A DNA stretch of 64,000 nucleotides from Candidatus Latescibacterota bacterium (GTDB lineage Bacteria > Latescibacterota > UBA2968 > UBA8231): assembly GCA_965197905.1 (NCBI GenBank), contig CBDAOB010000003.1:480001-544000 (forward strand). The letters run 5' to 3'. Under the pieces are notes generated by a model. The model saw only the letters and a program-made list of their open reading frames with translations. It did no database searches and was not told where the DNA came from. The translations under genes and the position numbers were made by a program. Below are positions 39,251 through 49,290 of the stretch, one piece after another; the stretch's first letter is position 1; each line of letters starts with the position of its first letter.

Positions 39251-41230
39251 TCAGGTCCCCTTCTTCCCTCTCTTGCGGTTGCCGGAGGCTCGTTGCTTCG
39301 AACGTTTGGTTTCCCTGCGAGCTTTGGGTGTGCTCGTCGCCCCAGTCGGTGACCACGCCGCAGCAAGCTCGAAGTTCATTCGTCTCATTCCCACGTCCAC
39401 CGCCGCCAGCTTGACGTTCACCGAATCTCCAAGTCCGTAGCTCGCTCTCGAGTTGCGCCCGACGACGGTCTGGGTTTCCTCCCAGACCTCGAAATACTCC
39501 CCCCCTCTTCGACTCAGCTGTTCCATAGGGACCAGCCCATCCGCATACAGATCCTTGGGACGCACAAACAGTCCCATGGCATGAACTCCAACAATCGTGG
39601 CTTCCATCTCTTCACCGATTTTCTTTTTCGCGACCAGGCAGGCCGCCAGCTGGGTTATGTCCCGTTCGGCCTGCACGGCTCGACGCTCGGCATCGGAGGA
39701 ACTCTCCGCCATCTTGTCGAGGCCACTGAGCCTCGATTTGCCGTTCCAGTGATTCCATAGAGCCCGGTGCACTAGCAGATCCGGATAACGGCGGATCGGT
39801 GAGGTGAAATGGGCATAAGCTTCAGATGCGAGACCGTAATGCCCCTCACACTCCGTAGAATAATACGCCTGGGAAAGCGACCGCAGCAACATCATCTGGC
39901 CGGCTTCGGACTGGCGCATCTGTTTGATCTTCTTGAGAAACTGCGCCAAGCCCTTGCCATTCTTGGAGCTTTTGCTGCTTAGGCGCAAACCATACTGTTT
40001 TGCCCAACTCCCGAGACGCGTCCACTTGTCTTGAGGGGGTGGTGGATGAACGCGATACATGCCTGCGAGGCGTTGGTCGACAAGATATTCAGCCACTGAT
40101 TCGTTCGCTGCCACCATCAGATCTTCTATCACTTGATGAGCCGCCAATTGCCCACGGCCGACGACGTTCGTCAGTTTACCGGATTTGCTGAAGATGACTT
40201 CCGCCTCCGGAATCTCCAGATCGAGTGAACCGCGACTAAAACGTCGTTGGCGCAACAGTTCTGAAGCGGCCATCGCGTTCTGTACAACGGCACGGACCTT
40301 CTTGGGCACTCCTGTATCCCGGTCGATAAGATTCTGTACTTGGGTATAGGTGAGACGTGCGGCGCTGCGTATAAGGGAAGGGTAGATATGGATGTCGTTT
40401 CGTTCGCCGTCGGCGTCGACAAACATCTCGCAGGTCAAGGTATACCGCGGCTCCCCGGGCACGAGGGAACACAGCCCGTTCGACAAGCGCTCGGGCAACA
40501 TGGGAAACACTTGCGTAGGCAGATAGACGCTGGTGCCTCGCAGCCGGGCTTCCCTGTCGATGGCGGAGCGCGTCTTCACGTAGGAGGCGACGTCGGCGAT
40601 GGATACCCAGATGCGGTACCCTTCGTTCTCTTCCACGGCAGCAACGGCATCGTCGAAATCCCTGGCGTGCTCGCCGTCGATGGTGACATGCAGTCGCTTG
40701 CGAAGGTCGCGGCGGCCACCGTCAACATTCTCGACGTCTACCTCATCGAACCGCTCAGCCTGCTCCAGCACATCCTCTGAAAAGTGGTTCGGCAATGGCA
40801 GACCGGCCTCTGCCATCTTCAGCTGGGTGTTGTCGTCGCCTTCCGGGCCAAGTAGTTCCAGAACGGTCGCTTCCGAGACCCGGGTCTTGGTGGACGACTG
40901 TGTTACCTCGAAGCGCACGGCATTGTCGGCTTTGATATCGTCGGCCGAGCCATCCTTGACGAACTGAGGAGGTGCCGCCGGCTCCGGTTCGATCCAAACC
41001 GCCTGCTTGTGCCGGCGCAGCCAGCCGACTCCTCCGAGAAGAGGTAAGGCGGGCTGGTCTGTTTCCTTCCGCACAAAACGCCGTTTGCCCCTTTTTTCTT
41101 GCGCTCTCTTCTGTCCCTTGCGGGGTTTCCTTGCGCCGCTGCCCTTCTGCTTCTTATCCCGAGCTCCCTTTTTGCGCCCGCCGTCTTTTGGCGGTTTCGT
41201 TCCACCTCTTTTGGATCGGAGCTTGGCCAT
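39251..41230 (-). CDS. rnr: Ribonuclease R / RNB-domain exoribonuclease
   Basis: TIDGEHARDFDDA, IADVA, RGTSVYLP, PMLP.RLSN.LCSL, HFTSPIRRYPDL, a C-terminal S1 domain and basic tails. Confidence 0.9.
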   Translation of the reverse strand: MAKLRSKRGGTKPPKDGGRKKGARDKKQKGSGARKPRKGQKRAQEKRGKRRFVRKETDQPALPLLGGVGWLRRHKQAVWIEPEPAAPPQFVKDGSADDIKADNAVRFEVTQSSTKTRVSEATVLELLGPEGDDNTQLKMAEAGLPLPNHFSEDVLEQAERFDEVDVENVDGGRRDLRKRLHVTIDGEHARDFDDAVAAVEENEGYRIWVSIADVASYVKTRSAIDREARLRGTSVYLPTQVFPMLPERLSNGLCSLVPGEPRYTLTCEMFVDADGERNDIHIYPSLIRSAARLTYTQVQNLIDRDTGVPKKVRAVVQNAMAASELLRQRRFSRGSLDLEIPEAEVIFSKSGKLTNVVGRGQLAAHQVIEDLMVAANESVAEYLVDQRLAGMYRVHPPPPQDKWTRLGSWAKQYGLRLSSKSSKNGKGLAQFLKKIKQMRQSEAGQMMLLRSLSQAYYSTECEGHYGLASEAYAHFTSPIRRYPDLLVHRALWNHWNGKSRLSGLDKMAESSSDAERRAVQAERDITQLAACLVAKKKIGEEMEATIVGVHAMGLFVRPKDLYADGLVPMEQLSRRGGEYFEVWEETQTVVGRNSRASYGLGDSVNVKLAAVDVGMRRMNFELAAAWSPTGATSTPKARRETKRSKQRASGNRKRGKKGT

Positions 41231-41316
41231 AGACAGACTACCGTTGCCGTTTCGGCTTGTGAAACAAGGCGATCGCCGACGTGCCACGCAGCGCGGTCCT
41301 GGGGAGGGAGAGGACG

Positions 41317-43875
41317 CTATTTGCCAAACTGTTCATAAAAGCGGTCGAAGCCACTCGCCGTTCCACAGAGATAGAGGGCGTCGTCTGCGGAAAGAATAAA
41401 GGTGGGTGGAATGTCCATGAGGAGCTCTCCGCCGCGTTCGACGGCAACCACGGTGCAACCGGTGCGTTCGCGAATCCTGCCACCAAGGGGGTGTTGTCCC
41501 GCCAGCCTGCCGGGACTCAGCTTCGCCAGCTTGATGCGGGCTTGCTGTGACATCATCTCGCCGAGGACGTGGTAGGCGAGCAACTGTCCAGCCACCTGGC
41601 CGATAGAGAGGGCGAAATCGGCGCCGGCCTGTTGGATGCGCACAACGTTCTCCAACTGGTCGGCGCAGGCAATTATCGGGACGTGGGGTGCGTAGTCGCG
41701 AATAACTGCGGCAGCAAGCAGAGTGGCGCTGTCGTTCTCCCGCGCGAGAATCACAACGCGGGCTGTCGCGACGGCAGCACGCTCCAACACCGCTATGTCC
41801 AACACATCTCCAGTGACGTCGACCCCCTCCGCTGTTGCGTCGTCGATGACGCACACCTCCTCACCGGCGTCCTGGAGTATCTCGGTCAGCTTGCTGCCAA
41901 CCTCTCGATAGCCCGCTACCACAATGGCGCCTTCGCTGGTGATGGGTCGGGCTACGTCGCTGAGCCGTTTGATGCTCTCTGGACTGCCGACGGCCACAAG
42001 TATCATGCCTGGCTGCAGAATCTGATCCGCACCCGGAGGCGGATTTAATCCGTCCTCGACCCATTGGCCCACGAAATGAACCCCTGTTTCTAAGTGGATC
42101 CCGCACTGGGCCAACGTCTTGTTTGCCAGGGGACTGTCGTCGTGGACACGGATTTCGGCTACCTCGAGCAGGTGTTCCAGCGGCTCGACCCCCGCCACTC
42201 TCGGTCCGATCCTGGAGCTGGCACGCACCGCGATGGCGGCGGCCAGCACGTGGGTCGGGGTAAAGGCTGCCGTCACGCCGGCTAGCTGCATCGGTCCCCG
42301 GCGAGTGGGATTGTCTATCAATGCAACGATGGGGCCGTCGAATCCTCGTTCGCGTGCACTTATTGCCAGGAGAGCATTGTGCTCGTCCTCGCCGTTGGCA
42401 ACTATCGCTCTCGCCTGCACCAGCGGTTGCAGGTCGAGTTCCTCCTCGCCGAGCGCGGCGTGTACCACGCTCGCGCCCTGTGCCTGCAGGCGCCGGGCGA
42501 CCGTCTCGTCTTCTTCGATCAGGACGATCGGTGATCCCTGGCTCTTGACCTCTTCTATTAGAGAATCCACCTCGTGGCCGTACCCGTAGATCACCACCGC
42601 CCCCGACGCGTCAGGCAGCTCGCGCGCCAGGTGTCCCTCGTAACGCTCCGCCACCAGGGGCGAAGCGAACTTATCGATCTGCACGACACCGCGCGTTGCG
42701 TCCGCCTGCCTGGTGGCTCGACCTTCCAAGAGTGAGGCGCAGCCTTTCAAAGCCAGCGGGGTAAAAAGATTCAATATGAACGCAGTAAGAATCAACGCCG
42801 TGAAAATCGCCTGGTCGATAGCACCCTGAGCCAGCGCCAGCGAGGCGACAATAAATGCCATCTCAGCACGCCCGCACATCCCGACCCCCACGGTCAGCGC
42901 TTCCCGAAACGGCAATCCCATGCGCAGCGCCATAGATCCGGCACTGGTAATCTGACCGACGATCACCACGGTAGTCAGCAATACTATGAACGCTACGCCG
43001 GAAGCGCTGATGTCGAAGTTGATGGAAAACCCCAGCGAGATAAAGAAGATCGGCCCCAGAAATGAGTATGCGATGCCGTAGGCACGATCGTTGACGATCC
43101 TCACCAGGTTCGGGTGGGCGACCTTGTCCTCGAAGAACAGGCCGGCCATATAGGCGCCGAGAATCATGTGCAGACCGATAGCTTCGGCGAACAGTCCGGC
43201 ACCGATCGCCATAACCAGCACGAAGGTAAAACCTTTCCCGCCCTCGGACCGGAAGGGTAGCTTGAGCCGCGGGTATACGAAACGACCCAAAAACACCGTG
43301 ACAATGAGAAAACCAACCACCTTGCCCAGGGTAATGGCAATGCCCAGCGGCTCGAAGGTGCCGCCGGTAAGCACACCGATCACCAGCCCGAAGAACAGGA
43401 GAGTCAGAAGGGTGTCGTTAACGCAGCTGGCGATGATAACCCGCGCCACCCGGGTGTTCGCCAGCCCGAGATCACGGAGGCTCTTGAGGGTGATCACGAC
43501 GGCTGTAGCCGTCATCGTCAGTCCGACGAAGGTGGCGCTGACGGGGTCCAGACCGAAAAAGGTGGCGACGCCGAAACTCACCCCAAACGGCACGATCGCA
43601 CCGACGACTGCCACACCCATGGAGCGTTTCAGGGCGTCGTAGAACTCCAGCGGCTGGGTTTCCACGCCGGCATGGAACATGAGAAAGAAGATGCCGATCT
43701 CGGCCAGAAGCTGGATCGCGTCGCCCGGGGTGATCCAGCCGAGAACCGCCGGTCCCAGCAGCACCCCGACGATCAGCTCACCCATCACCGTAGGCAGGCC
43801 GAGAGGACGCAGTGTGACCGCGACCAACCAGATGCAGGCGAGTAGAATCAGTAGATCGAAGGCGATTTCATGCAT
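41317..43875 (-). CDS. Cation:proton antiporter (CPA2/Kef-like) fused to two TrkA-N/TrkA-C modules
   Basis: About 12 TM helices (GELIVGVLLGP, PIFFISLG, GMCGRAEM), then VVIYGYG..RCK_N, DSPLANKTL RCK_C, IVVAGY RCK_N and IRERTGCTVVAVER RCK_C. Confidence 0.88.
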   Translation of the reverse strand: MHEIAFDLLILLACIWLVAVTLRPLGLPTVMGELIVGVLLGPAVLGWITPGDAIQLLAEIGIFFLMFHAGVETQPLEFYDALKRSMGVAVVGAIVPFGVSFGVATFFGLDPVSATFVGLTMTATAVVITLKSLRDLGLANTRVARVIIASCVNDTLLTLLFFGLVIGVLTGGTFEPLGIAITLGKVVGFLIVTVFLGRFVYPRLKLPFRSEGGKGFTFVLVMAIGAGLFAEAIGLHMILGAYMAGLFFEDKVAHPNLVRIVNDRAYGIAYSFLGPIFFISLGFSINFDISASGVAFIVLLTTVVIVGQITSAGSMALRMGLPFREALTVGVGMCGRAEMAFIVASLALAQGAIDQAIFTALILTAFILNLFTPLALKGCASLLEGRATRQADATRGVVQIDKFASPLVAERYEGHLARELPDASGAVVIYGYGHEVDSLIEEVKSQGSPIVLIEEDETVARRLQAQGASVVHAALGEEELDLQPLVQARAIVANGEDEHNALLAISARERGFDGPIVALIDNPTRRGPMQLAGVTAAFTPTHVLAAAIAVRASSRIGPRVAGVEPLEHLLEVAEIRVHDDSPLANKTLAQCGIHLETGVHFVGQWVEDGLNPPPGADQILQPGMILVAVGSPESIKRLSDVARPITSEGAIVVAGYREVGSKLTEILQDAGEEVCVIDDATAEGVDVTGDVLDIAVLERAAVATARVVILARENDSATLLAAAVIRDYAPHVPIIACADQLENVVRIQQAGADFALSIGQVAGQLLAYHVLGEMMSQQARIKLAKLSPGRLAGQHPLGGRIRERTGCTVVAVERGGELLMDIPPTFILSADDALYLCGTASGFDRFYEQFGK

Positions 43876-43987
43876 AGCTAGTTGCCTGGAGTCGCTAACA
43901 TAACGCGCTCGTTCAGCCACACCTCTAAGGGTGCGCCGGAACGAGCCCTAGGAACGAAGGAGCTCAGGGATAGCCGTATTCGAGTAC

Positions 43988-44019
43988 GCACGCGGCGTAT
44001 GGCAGTGGTCGCCGCGTGC
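43988..44019 (-). terminator. GC-rich hairpin after the 44021..45556 gene (possible terminator)
   Basis: 10-bp perfect stem GCACGCGGCG/CGCCGCGTGC immediately after the stop. No strong U-tract. Confidence 0.4.
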
Positions 44020-44020
44020 T

Positions 44021-45556
44021 TCAGGCTATGTACACCGCAAAGAGCCTGGCGTCCTCGGCGCGCACACCCTCCCAGTTGACGCGCACGCGCACCGGATGGC
44101 CAAACCTCTCCAAGCGATCCCGCTCACGCCAGGTAACCGGTTGACGCAGTCCAGCCTGCGTCAGCGGAACACTGTCGCCGCCGGAATATCCGGGAATGGG
44201 CCTGAACTGCTCATCCAGCAGCTCGACCCTGAGCTGGCAATGCTCACCGATTCGGTCCACGTTCACAAACACCTTCCCTCCTTCACGCTCCACCTCAACC
44301 GGACACGAGATGCAGTGCGGTTCGTGCTTCCCCTCCGCCGCCGAACCTCGAAACGGTCCGCAGGGCGCGAACCAGCCGAAACGGTCGCGCTCCCAGGTGG
44401 CAACCCAAACACCGGTTAGTGATTTCGGATTCCTCATGTCCCAGGTAGAAGCTTCCTCTCTCCAGACGCTGAACCAGTAAACGCTGCGATCGTCGATGTT
44501 AGCCCAGGCGTTGCGCTGCAGCAGACGCGGCGCGGCGTAACCCGTCCGGGGTTGTTGCGGACCCCGTATTTCGTAGGAATGAACCATCTTGAAGTCGGGT
44601 ACGGGCTCGGTGAAATGCAGCGCATCGTGGCTGACTGCGAATCCGAGATCCAGCACCACGTCGCGGCGGTCGTTGGTATCGCTGCGGTACTGCCCGTAGA
44701 GACCGAGGAGCAGATTCCCTCGGTTCCAGGTGGCTACCCCCTCGTGGATCTGTTCCCCGGAATGACCTTCGAAGGTTTCCGGGGCATGCGGAGGTAGCGG
44801 ATCTCGGCGCAATCCCATGGCGGCGGCGTGGGTCCAGCTAACGAAATCGTAGGAGGCGAAGCTGACCACCAGTCGCTTGGACGCTTGTTTGATGGGATGT
44901 GGGATGGGTCGATTCATGGAGGACGGTCCGCCCTGACCATTCACGTAATAACAGCCGCCCCACTTCTGGATATTTCCGCCTTCCATCCCGGTACCGAAGA
45001 TATCATCGCTATCCGTGGCTCGGGTCCAGTGCAGACCGTCGGCGCTGAATGAGGCGCTCTTTCGCAACGGACCAGGCGTGCTGAAAATCGACTTGAAGCG
45101 GCGCTGAGGATCGAGGTCACTCGGATCGTAGAAGACGTTGCCACAGGGACCGGCGACGCGGTTGTTATCCTTGTTGCCGTTTTCCTCTGAGAGTCTCAGC
45201 TTCGGCCGCTCCCAGTTGAAGCCGTCCTTGGAAGTGGCGTAGAGCCCGCCCCGGCGTTGGTGGTTGTCGTCGGCGCCCACGTACCACATGCGGTACTCGC
45301 CGTCGATGTGGAACACATGGGGACAGATGATTTCAGTGGAATCCAATGAGCCGGGAGGACCGTAGGTAAGCACCGGGTGTTCCGGATGGCGGTCGTCGAT
45401 ATCCACACTGAGACCGTGGTCCATCTCGGCTGGATTGGTGCGACCTGCCTGCAAGGTCAGGTTGAGGTCACGCGAGAAAGGCATGCTCCGTCTGTCGAAC
45501 GGAAATATTACCGCTTCTTCGATGGAGTCGACTGGGCTTGAATTCAACGCTCGCAT
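44021..45556 (-). CDS. Beta-propeller glycoside hydrolase-like protein with C-terminal beta-sandwich
   Basis: GEYRMWY, SKDGFNWERP, FSADGLHW, GEQIH, RDRFG, LRVELLD...PIPGYSG...VRVRVNWEG. Confidence 0.7.
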   Translation of the reverse strand: MRALNSSPVDSIEEAVIFPFDRRSMPFSRDLNLTLQAGRTNPAEMDHGLSVDIDDRHPEHPVLTYGPPGSLDSTEIICPHVFHIDGEYRMWYVGADDNHQRRGGLYATSKDGFNWERPKLRLSEENGNKDNNRVAGPCGNVFYDPSDLDPQRRFKSIFSTPGPLRKSASFSADGLHWTRATDSDDIFGTGMEGGNIQKWGGCYYVNGQGGPSSMNRPIPHPIKQASKRLVVSFASYDFVSWTHAAAMGLRRDPLPPHAPETFEGHSGEQIHEGVATWNRGNLLLGLYGQYRSDTNDRRDVVLDLGFAVSHDALHFTEPVPDFKMVHSYEIRGPQQPRTGYAAPRLLQRNAWANIDDRSVYWFSVWREEASTWDMRNPKSLTGVWVATWERDRFGWFAPCGPFRGSAAEGKHEPHCISCPVEVEREGGKVFVNVDRIGEHCQLRVELLDEQFRPIPGYSGGDSVPLTQAGLRQPVTWRERDRLERFGHPVRVRVNWEGVRAEDARLFAVYIA

Positions 45557-45569
45557 GCTGTCGCTCCTT

Positions 45570-47087
45570 TCAGTTTACGTAAACGGCAAAGAGACGGCCG
45601 TCTTCAGGGCGCACACCTTCCCAGTTCACGCGCACGCGAACCGGATGATCGAATCCCGGCAGGGCATCTCCACCACTCCAGCTGACCGCCTCTCGTATCC
45701 CCGATCCACTCAGGGGCAGGCAATCGGCTCCTGAATAGCCGGGGATAGGCACGAACTCCCGATTGAGCAGCTCGACCTTCAACTGGCAATGCTCACCCAG
45801 CCGGTCGGCGTTGATAAAGACCCGATGGCCATCCTTCTCCAGTTCCAGCGGACATGAAATGCAATGGGGTTCATAGTCACCAGCACCCCAGTCCTGATCA
45901 CGCCCACATGGGTTGAAGAACCCCAGGCGGTCGCGTATCCACGTGGCGACCCAAACTCCCGTCAATGCGACCGGATTGTTCGCGTCCCAGGTTGAAGCCT
46001 CTTCGCGCCAGACGCTGTACCAATAGACAGTGCGGTCGTCCATGTTGGCCCAGGCATTGCGCTGCACCAGCCGCGGTGCCGCATAGGAATTGGGGTTCGG
46101 GCCCTGGATTTCGTAGGAATGCACCATCTTGAAGTCGGGTATGGGCTCCACAAACTCCAGGCCGTTGTGACTGATGGCGAATCCTAGATCCAGGACGACG
46201 TCCCGACGATCGTTGGTGGAGGCGCGGTACTGGCCGTAGAGGCTGAGCAGCACGTTGCCCCGGTCCCAGGTAGCCATGCCCTCGTGGACCTGCTCTCCGG
46301 AATGGCCTTCGAAGGTCTCCGGGGCGCGCGGCGGAACGTGATCGCGGCGGAACGTGATCGCGGCGGCGTGGGTCCAGTTCACGAAGTCGTAAGAGGCGTG
46401 GGAGGTGACGATACGTTTGGATGCCTGTGGAATAGGATGCGGCACCGTGCGGTTCCAGTCGGAAGGGCCGCCCTGGCCGTTGACGTAATAACAGCCTCCC
46501 CACTTGAAGATGTGGCCACATTCCATGGCGATGCCGAACAGCTCGCGATCCTCGCCGGACAAGGTCCAGTGGAGGCCGTCGGCACTGAACGAGGTGTTGT
46601 TGCCGCATCCGGTGATCGATTTGAAGCGCCGGTTTGGATCGGGGTCGTCGGCCTCGTACATGACCCATTCACCACAACGCCCCTCAACCAGGTTGTTCTC
46701 CTTGCTGCCGTTTACCTCGGTCAATCCCAGATTTGGGCGCTCCCAGTTGAATCCGTCCTTGGACACCGCATACAGGCCGGTGTGGCGCCTGGCGTCGTCG
46801 CCGGCGCCTATATACCACATGCGGTACTCCCCGTCGACATAGAACACGTTGGGACAGATGACCTCGGTGGAATCTAGCGACCCCGGTGGACCGGGCGAGA
46901 GCACGGGTCCGCCCGGGTGGCGTTCGTCGATGTCGACGCTGAGGCCGTGTTCCATCTCCGCTTTGTTCGTACGGCCGGCAACAAGGCTAGTGTGCAGATC
47001 GCGCACGAACGGCATGCTGCATTGGTCGAACGGAAAGAGCACAATCTCCTCGATCGAATCGGTAGGGCTCGAATTTAGAACCTTCAT
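45570..47087 (-). CDS. Beta-propeller glycoside hydrolase-like protein, tandem paralog of 44021..45556
   Basis: Colinear with its neighbour (LNSSP.DSIEE, APETFEGHSGEQ, TNDRRDVVLDLGFA, WREEASTWD). Confidence 0.7.
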   Translation of the reverse strand: MKVLNSSPTDSIEEIVLFPFDQCSMPFVRDLHTSLVAGRTNKAEMEHGLSVDIDERHPGGPVLSPGPPGSLDSTEVICPNVFYVDGEYRMWYIGAGDDARRHTGLYAVSKDGFNWERPNLGLTEVNGSKENNLVEGRCGEWVMYEADDPDPNRRFKSITGCGNNTSFSADGLHWTLSGEDRELFGIAMECGHIFKWGGCYYVNGQGGPSDWNRTVPHPIPQASKRIVTSHASYDFVNWTHAAAITFRRDHVPPRAPETFEGHSGEQVHEGMATWDRGNVLLSLYGQYRASTNDRRDVVLDLGFAISHNGLEFVEPIPDFKMVHSYEIQGPNPNSYAAPRLVQRNAWANMDDRTVYWYSVWREEASTWDANNPVALTGVWVATWIRDRLGFFNPCGRDQDWGAGDYEPHCISCPLELEKDGHRVFINADRLGEHCQLKVELLNREFVPIPGYSGADCLPLSGSGIREAVSWSGGDALPGFDHPVRVRVNWEGVRPEDGRLFAVYVN

Positions 47088-47137
47088 ATAGAAACTCCGG
47101 GATAGTACTCGTAAAAGGAGCTGGGGCTGAAACCGCT

Positions 47138-47974
47138 TTACAAGCTCTGACGAACCTTCTCTGCATCCGTGAACAGAATCTCGCGAACGGCGTTGGTCGC
47201 CTGCTCGTGAAAAGCCACCGCAACAGGATCGAAGTCTCGGGACGGACGTGGCGTGTGTTTGAAGTGCCCGTAGCGGTCCGAGCCACGGACGAGGGCGGCA
47301 CTGTCCCACTCTCCGACGATCTGCTTCGTGCTCGTTGGCAGGTAGTGCAGCGACAAGCCGATACGACGATCGTGCGAGTTGTTGGGACTGGATGCATGGG
47401 CTAGACGCACGTTGTGCAGCGAAATCTCACCGGGCTGAAGCGGCATGGGGACCGCCTTTTCCTCGTCGACCTGAACCGAGATTTCTTGTCCCCTGGTTAG
47501 GAGGTTGTGCTCCTGAAATTCGTCGTTGTGGGGCAGAAGATCGCCTCTGTGGCTCCCTGGAAGGACGCGCATGCAGCCGGTTTCGAGGGTAGCCGGCGAC
47601 AGGGCGAGCCAGACGGTGACCAGGTCGCTGGAGTCGAGACCCCAGTAACGCAGGTCCTGATGCCAGGAGACGAACGTCTCGCTTTGGGCTTCCTTGATCC
47701 AAAAGAAGGTGTTCCAGCACAGGATGTCAGGACCGATCAAATCCTCGACGGCATCGAGGATCTTCTCGTGGCGCATCAGCTTGTCTACCCATGTAAAGAG
47801 AAGGTGGGACTTGCTTCGCAGTGCCCCTCCAAGCGGTTTCCCTTGCTGTCTTTCGAAGGCCTCGAGCAATGAGCGATTGGTAACCACCTCAGCGTCGTCC
47901 AGCAAGCGGATGGGAAAGAAATATCCTTCGCGCTTGTACTGGGCGATAGCATCGCTACTGAGCAGCTTCGGCAT
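47138..47974 (-). CDS. PhyH family Fe(II)/2OG dioxygenase
   Basis: ILDAVEDLIGPDIL, WHQD..YWG, GCMRVLPGSH, LAHAS.PN.S..RRIG. Confidence 0.9.
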   Translation of the reverse strand: MPKLLSSDAIAQYKREGYFFPIRLLDDAEVVTNRSLLEAFERQQGKPLGGALRSKSHLLFTWVDKLMRHEKILDAVEDLIGPDILCWNTFFWIKEAQSETFVSWHQDLRYWGLDSSDLVTVWLALSPATLETGCMRVLPGSHRGDLLPHNDEFQEHNLLTRGQEISVQVDEEKAVPMPLQPGEISLHNVRLAHASSPNNSHDRRIGLSLHYLPTSTKQIVGEWDSAALVRGSDRYGHFKHTPRPSRDFDPVAVAFHEQATNAVREILFTDAEKVRQSL

Positions 47975-48052
47975 TCGTACCTCCTCACATCTCTGTCATG
48001 GCCGGCGGAAGTCCATCGTTTCCTAGCGCCGAGAACGGTACATAAATTTCAG

Positions 48053-48832
48053 TCAGACGTCCAAGAGAAAGCGGGCTTCAGGGCTCAAACGTTTTTCGGT
48101 GGCCGGCCGCAGGAACTTCCTTTGATCGGTCTGCTGCGGCCAGTCGCGGCGCACGAACGCCATATGCATGGCGCCCCGCATGTGCTTACTTCGGTTTAGT
48201 GTGCCGCCGTGCCATGTATGTGAGTTGAATACTACGACGGTGCCGGCGGGTGCCGTCACAATCTCTTCGTCCGGTGCCGGTTGCGTGGGATCATCCATCT
48301 CATCGGCAGGCGCCTGCGCTCGCAGATGGGAACCCGGCACCACTCGCGTTGCACCGTTCTCAGCAGTAAAATCGCTCAATAACCAGATGGAGTTGCAGAC
48401 GTAGAACTGCTTCGCCTTCAGCTTCTCCCAGTCCTGCGGATCGTTCGACCCCCAATCCATATGCAGCGCCTGTGCACCCTTTCCTGGGAGCGCGAAGCGC
48501 GCATTTAGAGAATGGACCCTGAATCCGCACGATAGCACTCTATTGATTCCAGCCAGGATGCGCGGATGAATGAAACAGAGATCGAACACTGGATCCTTGT
48601 TGATCAGGTTGCTGAGACGGATGGTGCCCTCTTCCTGGTGCACTTCCGATCCCGCCGCCTCCCCTTCCTCAGCAGCCAGCTCCTGCAGACGCGCAGTGAA
48701 CGTTTCTATCTGCGTTTGGGTCAGGACACCGGGCAGCGGCAGATAACCCTGGGCATCCAGGAAATCCATCTCGTCCGCTGTCAGCGTGTCATCGCAAACG
48801 CCAAACGAATCCAGCACGTGCCCGATATTCAT
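48053..48832 (-). CDS. PhyH family Fe(II)/2OG dioxygenase
   Basis: QALHMD, NSIWLLSDFT.ENGATRVVPGSH, TWHGG..N.S..R. Confidence 0.9.
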   Translation of the reverse strand: MNIGHVLDSFGVCDDTLTADEMDFLDAQGYLPLPGVLTQTQIETFTARLQELAAEEGEAAGSEVHQEEGTIRLSNLINKDPVFDLCFIHPRILAGINRVLSCGFRVHSLNARFALPGKGAQALHMDWGSNDPQDWEKLKAKQFYVCNSIWLLSDFTAENGATRVVPGSHLRAQAPADEMDDPTQPAPDEEIVTAPAGTVVVFNSHTWHGGTLNRSKHMRGAMHMAFVRRDWPQQTDQRKFLRPATEKRLSPEARFLLDV

Positions 48833-48839
48833 GCGATAC

Positions 48840-49290
48840 TCACATTTCTTCATCAAAAAGCCCTGAAACGCTCCACCAGAACGAGTCCGAGATCTCGTTA
48901 TAAGCCCAGAGTCGGTTCCAGAGTTCGTCGCCGGAACGCTTGAAGAAGATATTGCCGCCGTGGCCGAATGTCAGAGACGATGACGCCCCCCGGACGGTCA
49001 CCTGCTCGGGCGAAAAAAACTCCGGACGCTGTGTCACCTCGGAAAGTCCGGAGCTATGCTTGACCACCTCGGCGTCCCGCGGGAGCGAATGGGACAGGAA
49101 TACGCAATCGTCCCAGTAGGGAGTCGCGCTGTTTGGGCTCCAGTCGGTCGCGGATCTTTTAACGAAACAGTATAGGGTGCCCCCCGAGACGCCGTAGGTA
49201 AACCTGACCTTCGATGTCGAAACGCTCACGGGCTATACGCCGGACCAGGGGAACTGCCGGTACAGAAGCGCCTTCGTTAACGTCGGTCAT
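48840..49290 (-). CDS. Hypothetical protein (possible frameshift at 49230-49232)
   Basis: The 48840..49229 frame has GC-rich third positions and ends just before the PhyH start. Removing one base of a 3-nt run would join it to an upstream MTDVNEG... frame. Confidence 0.35.
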
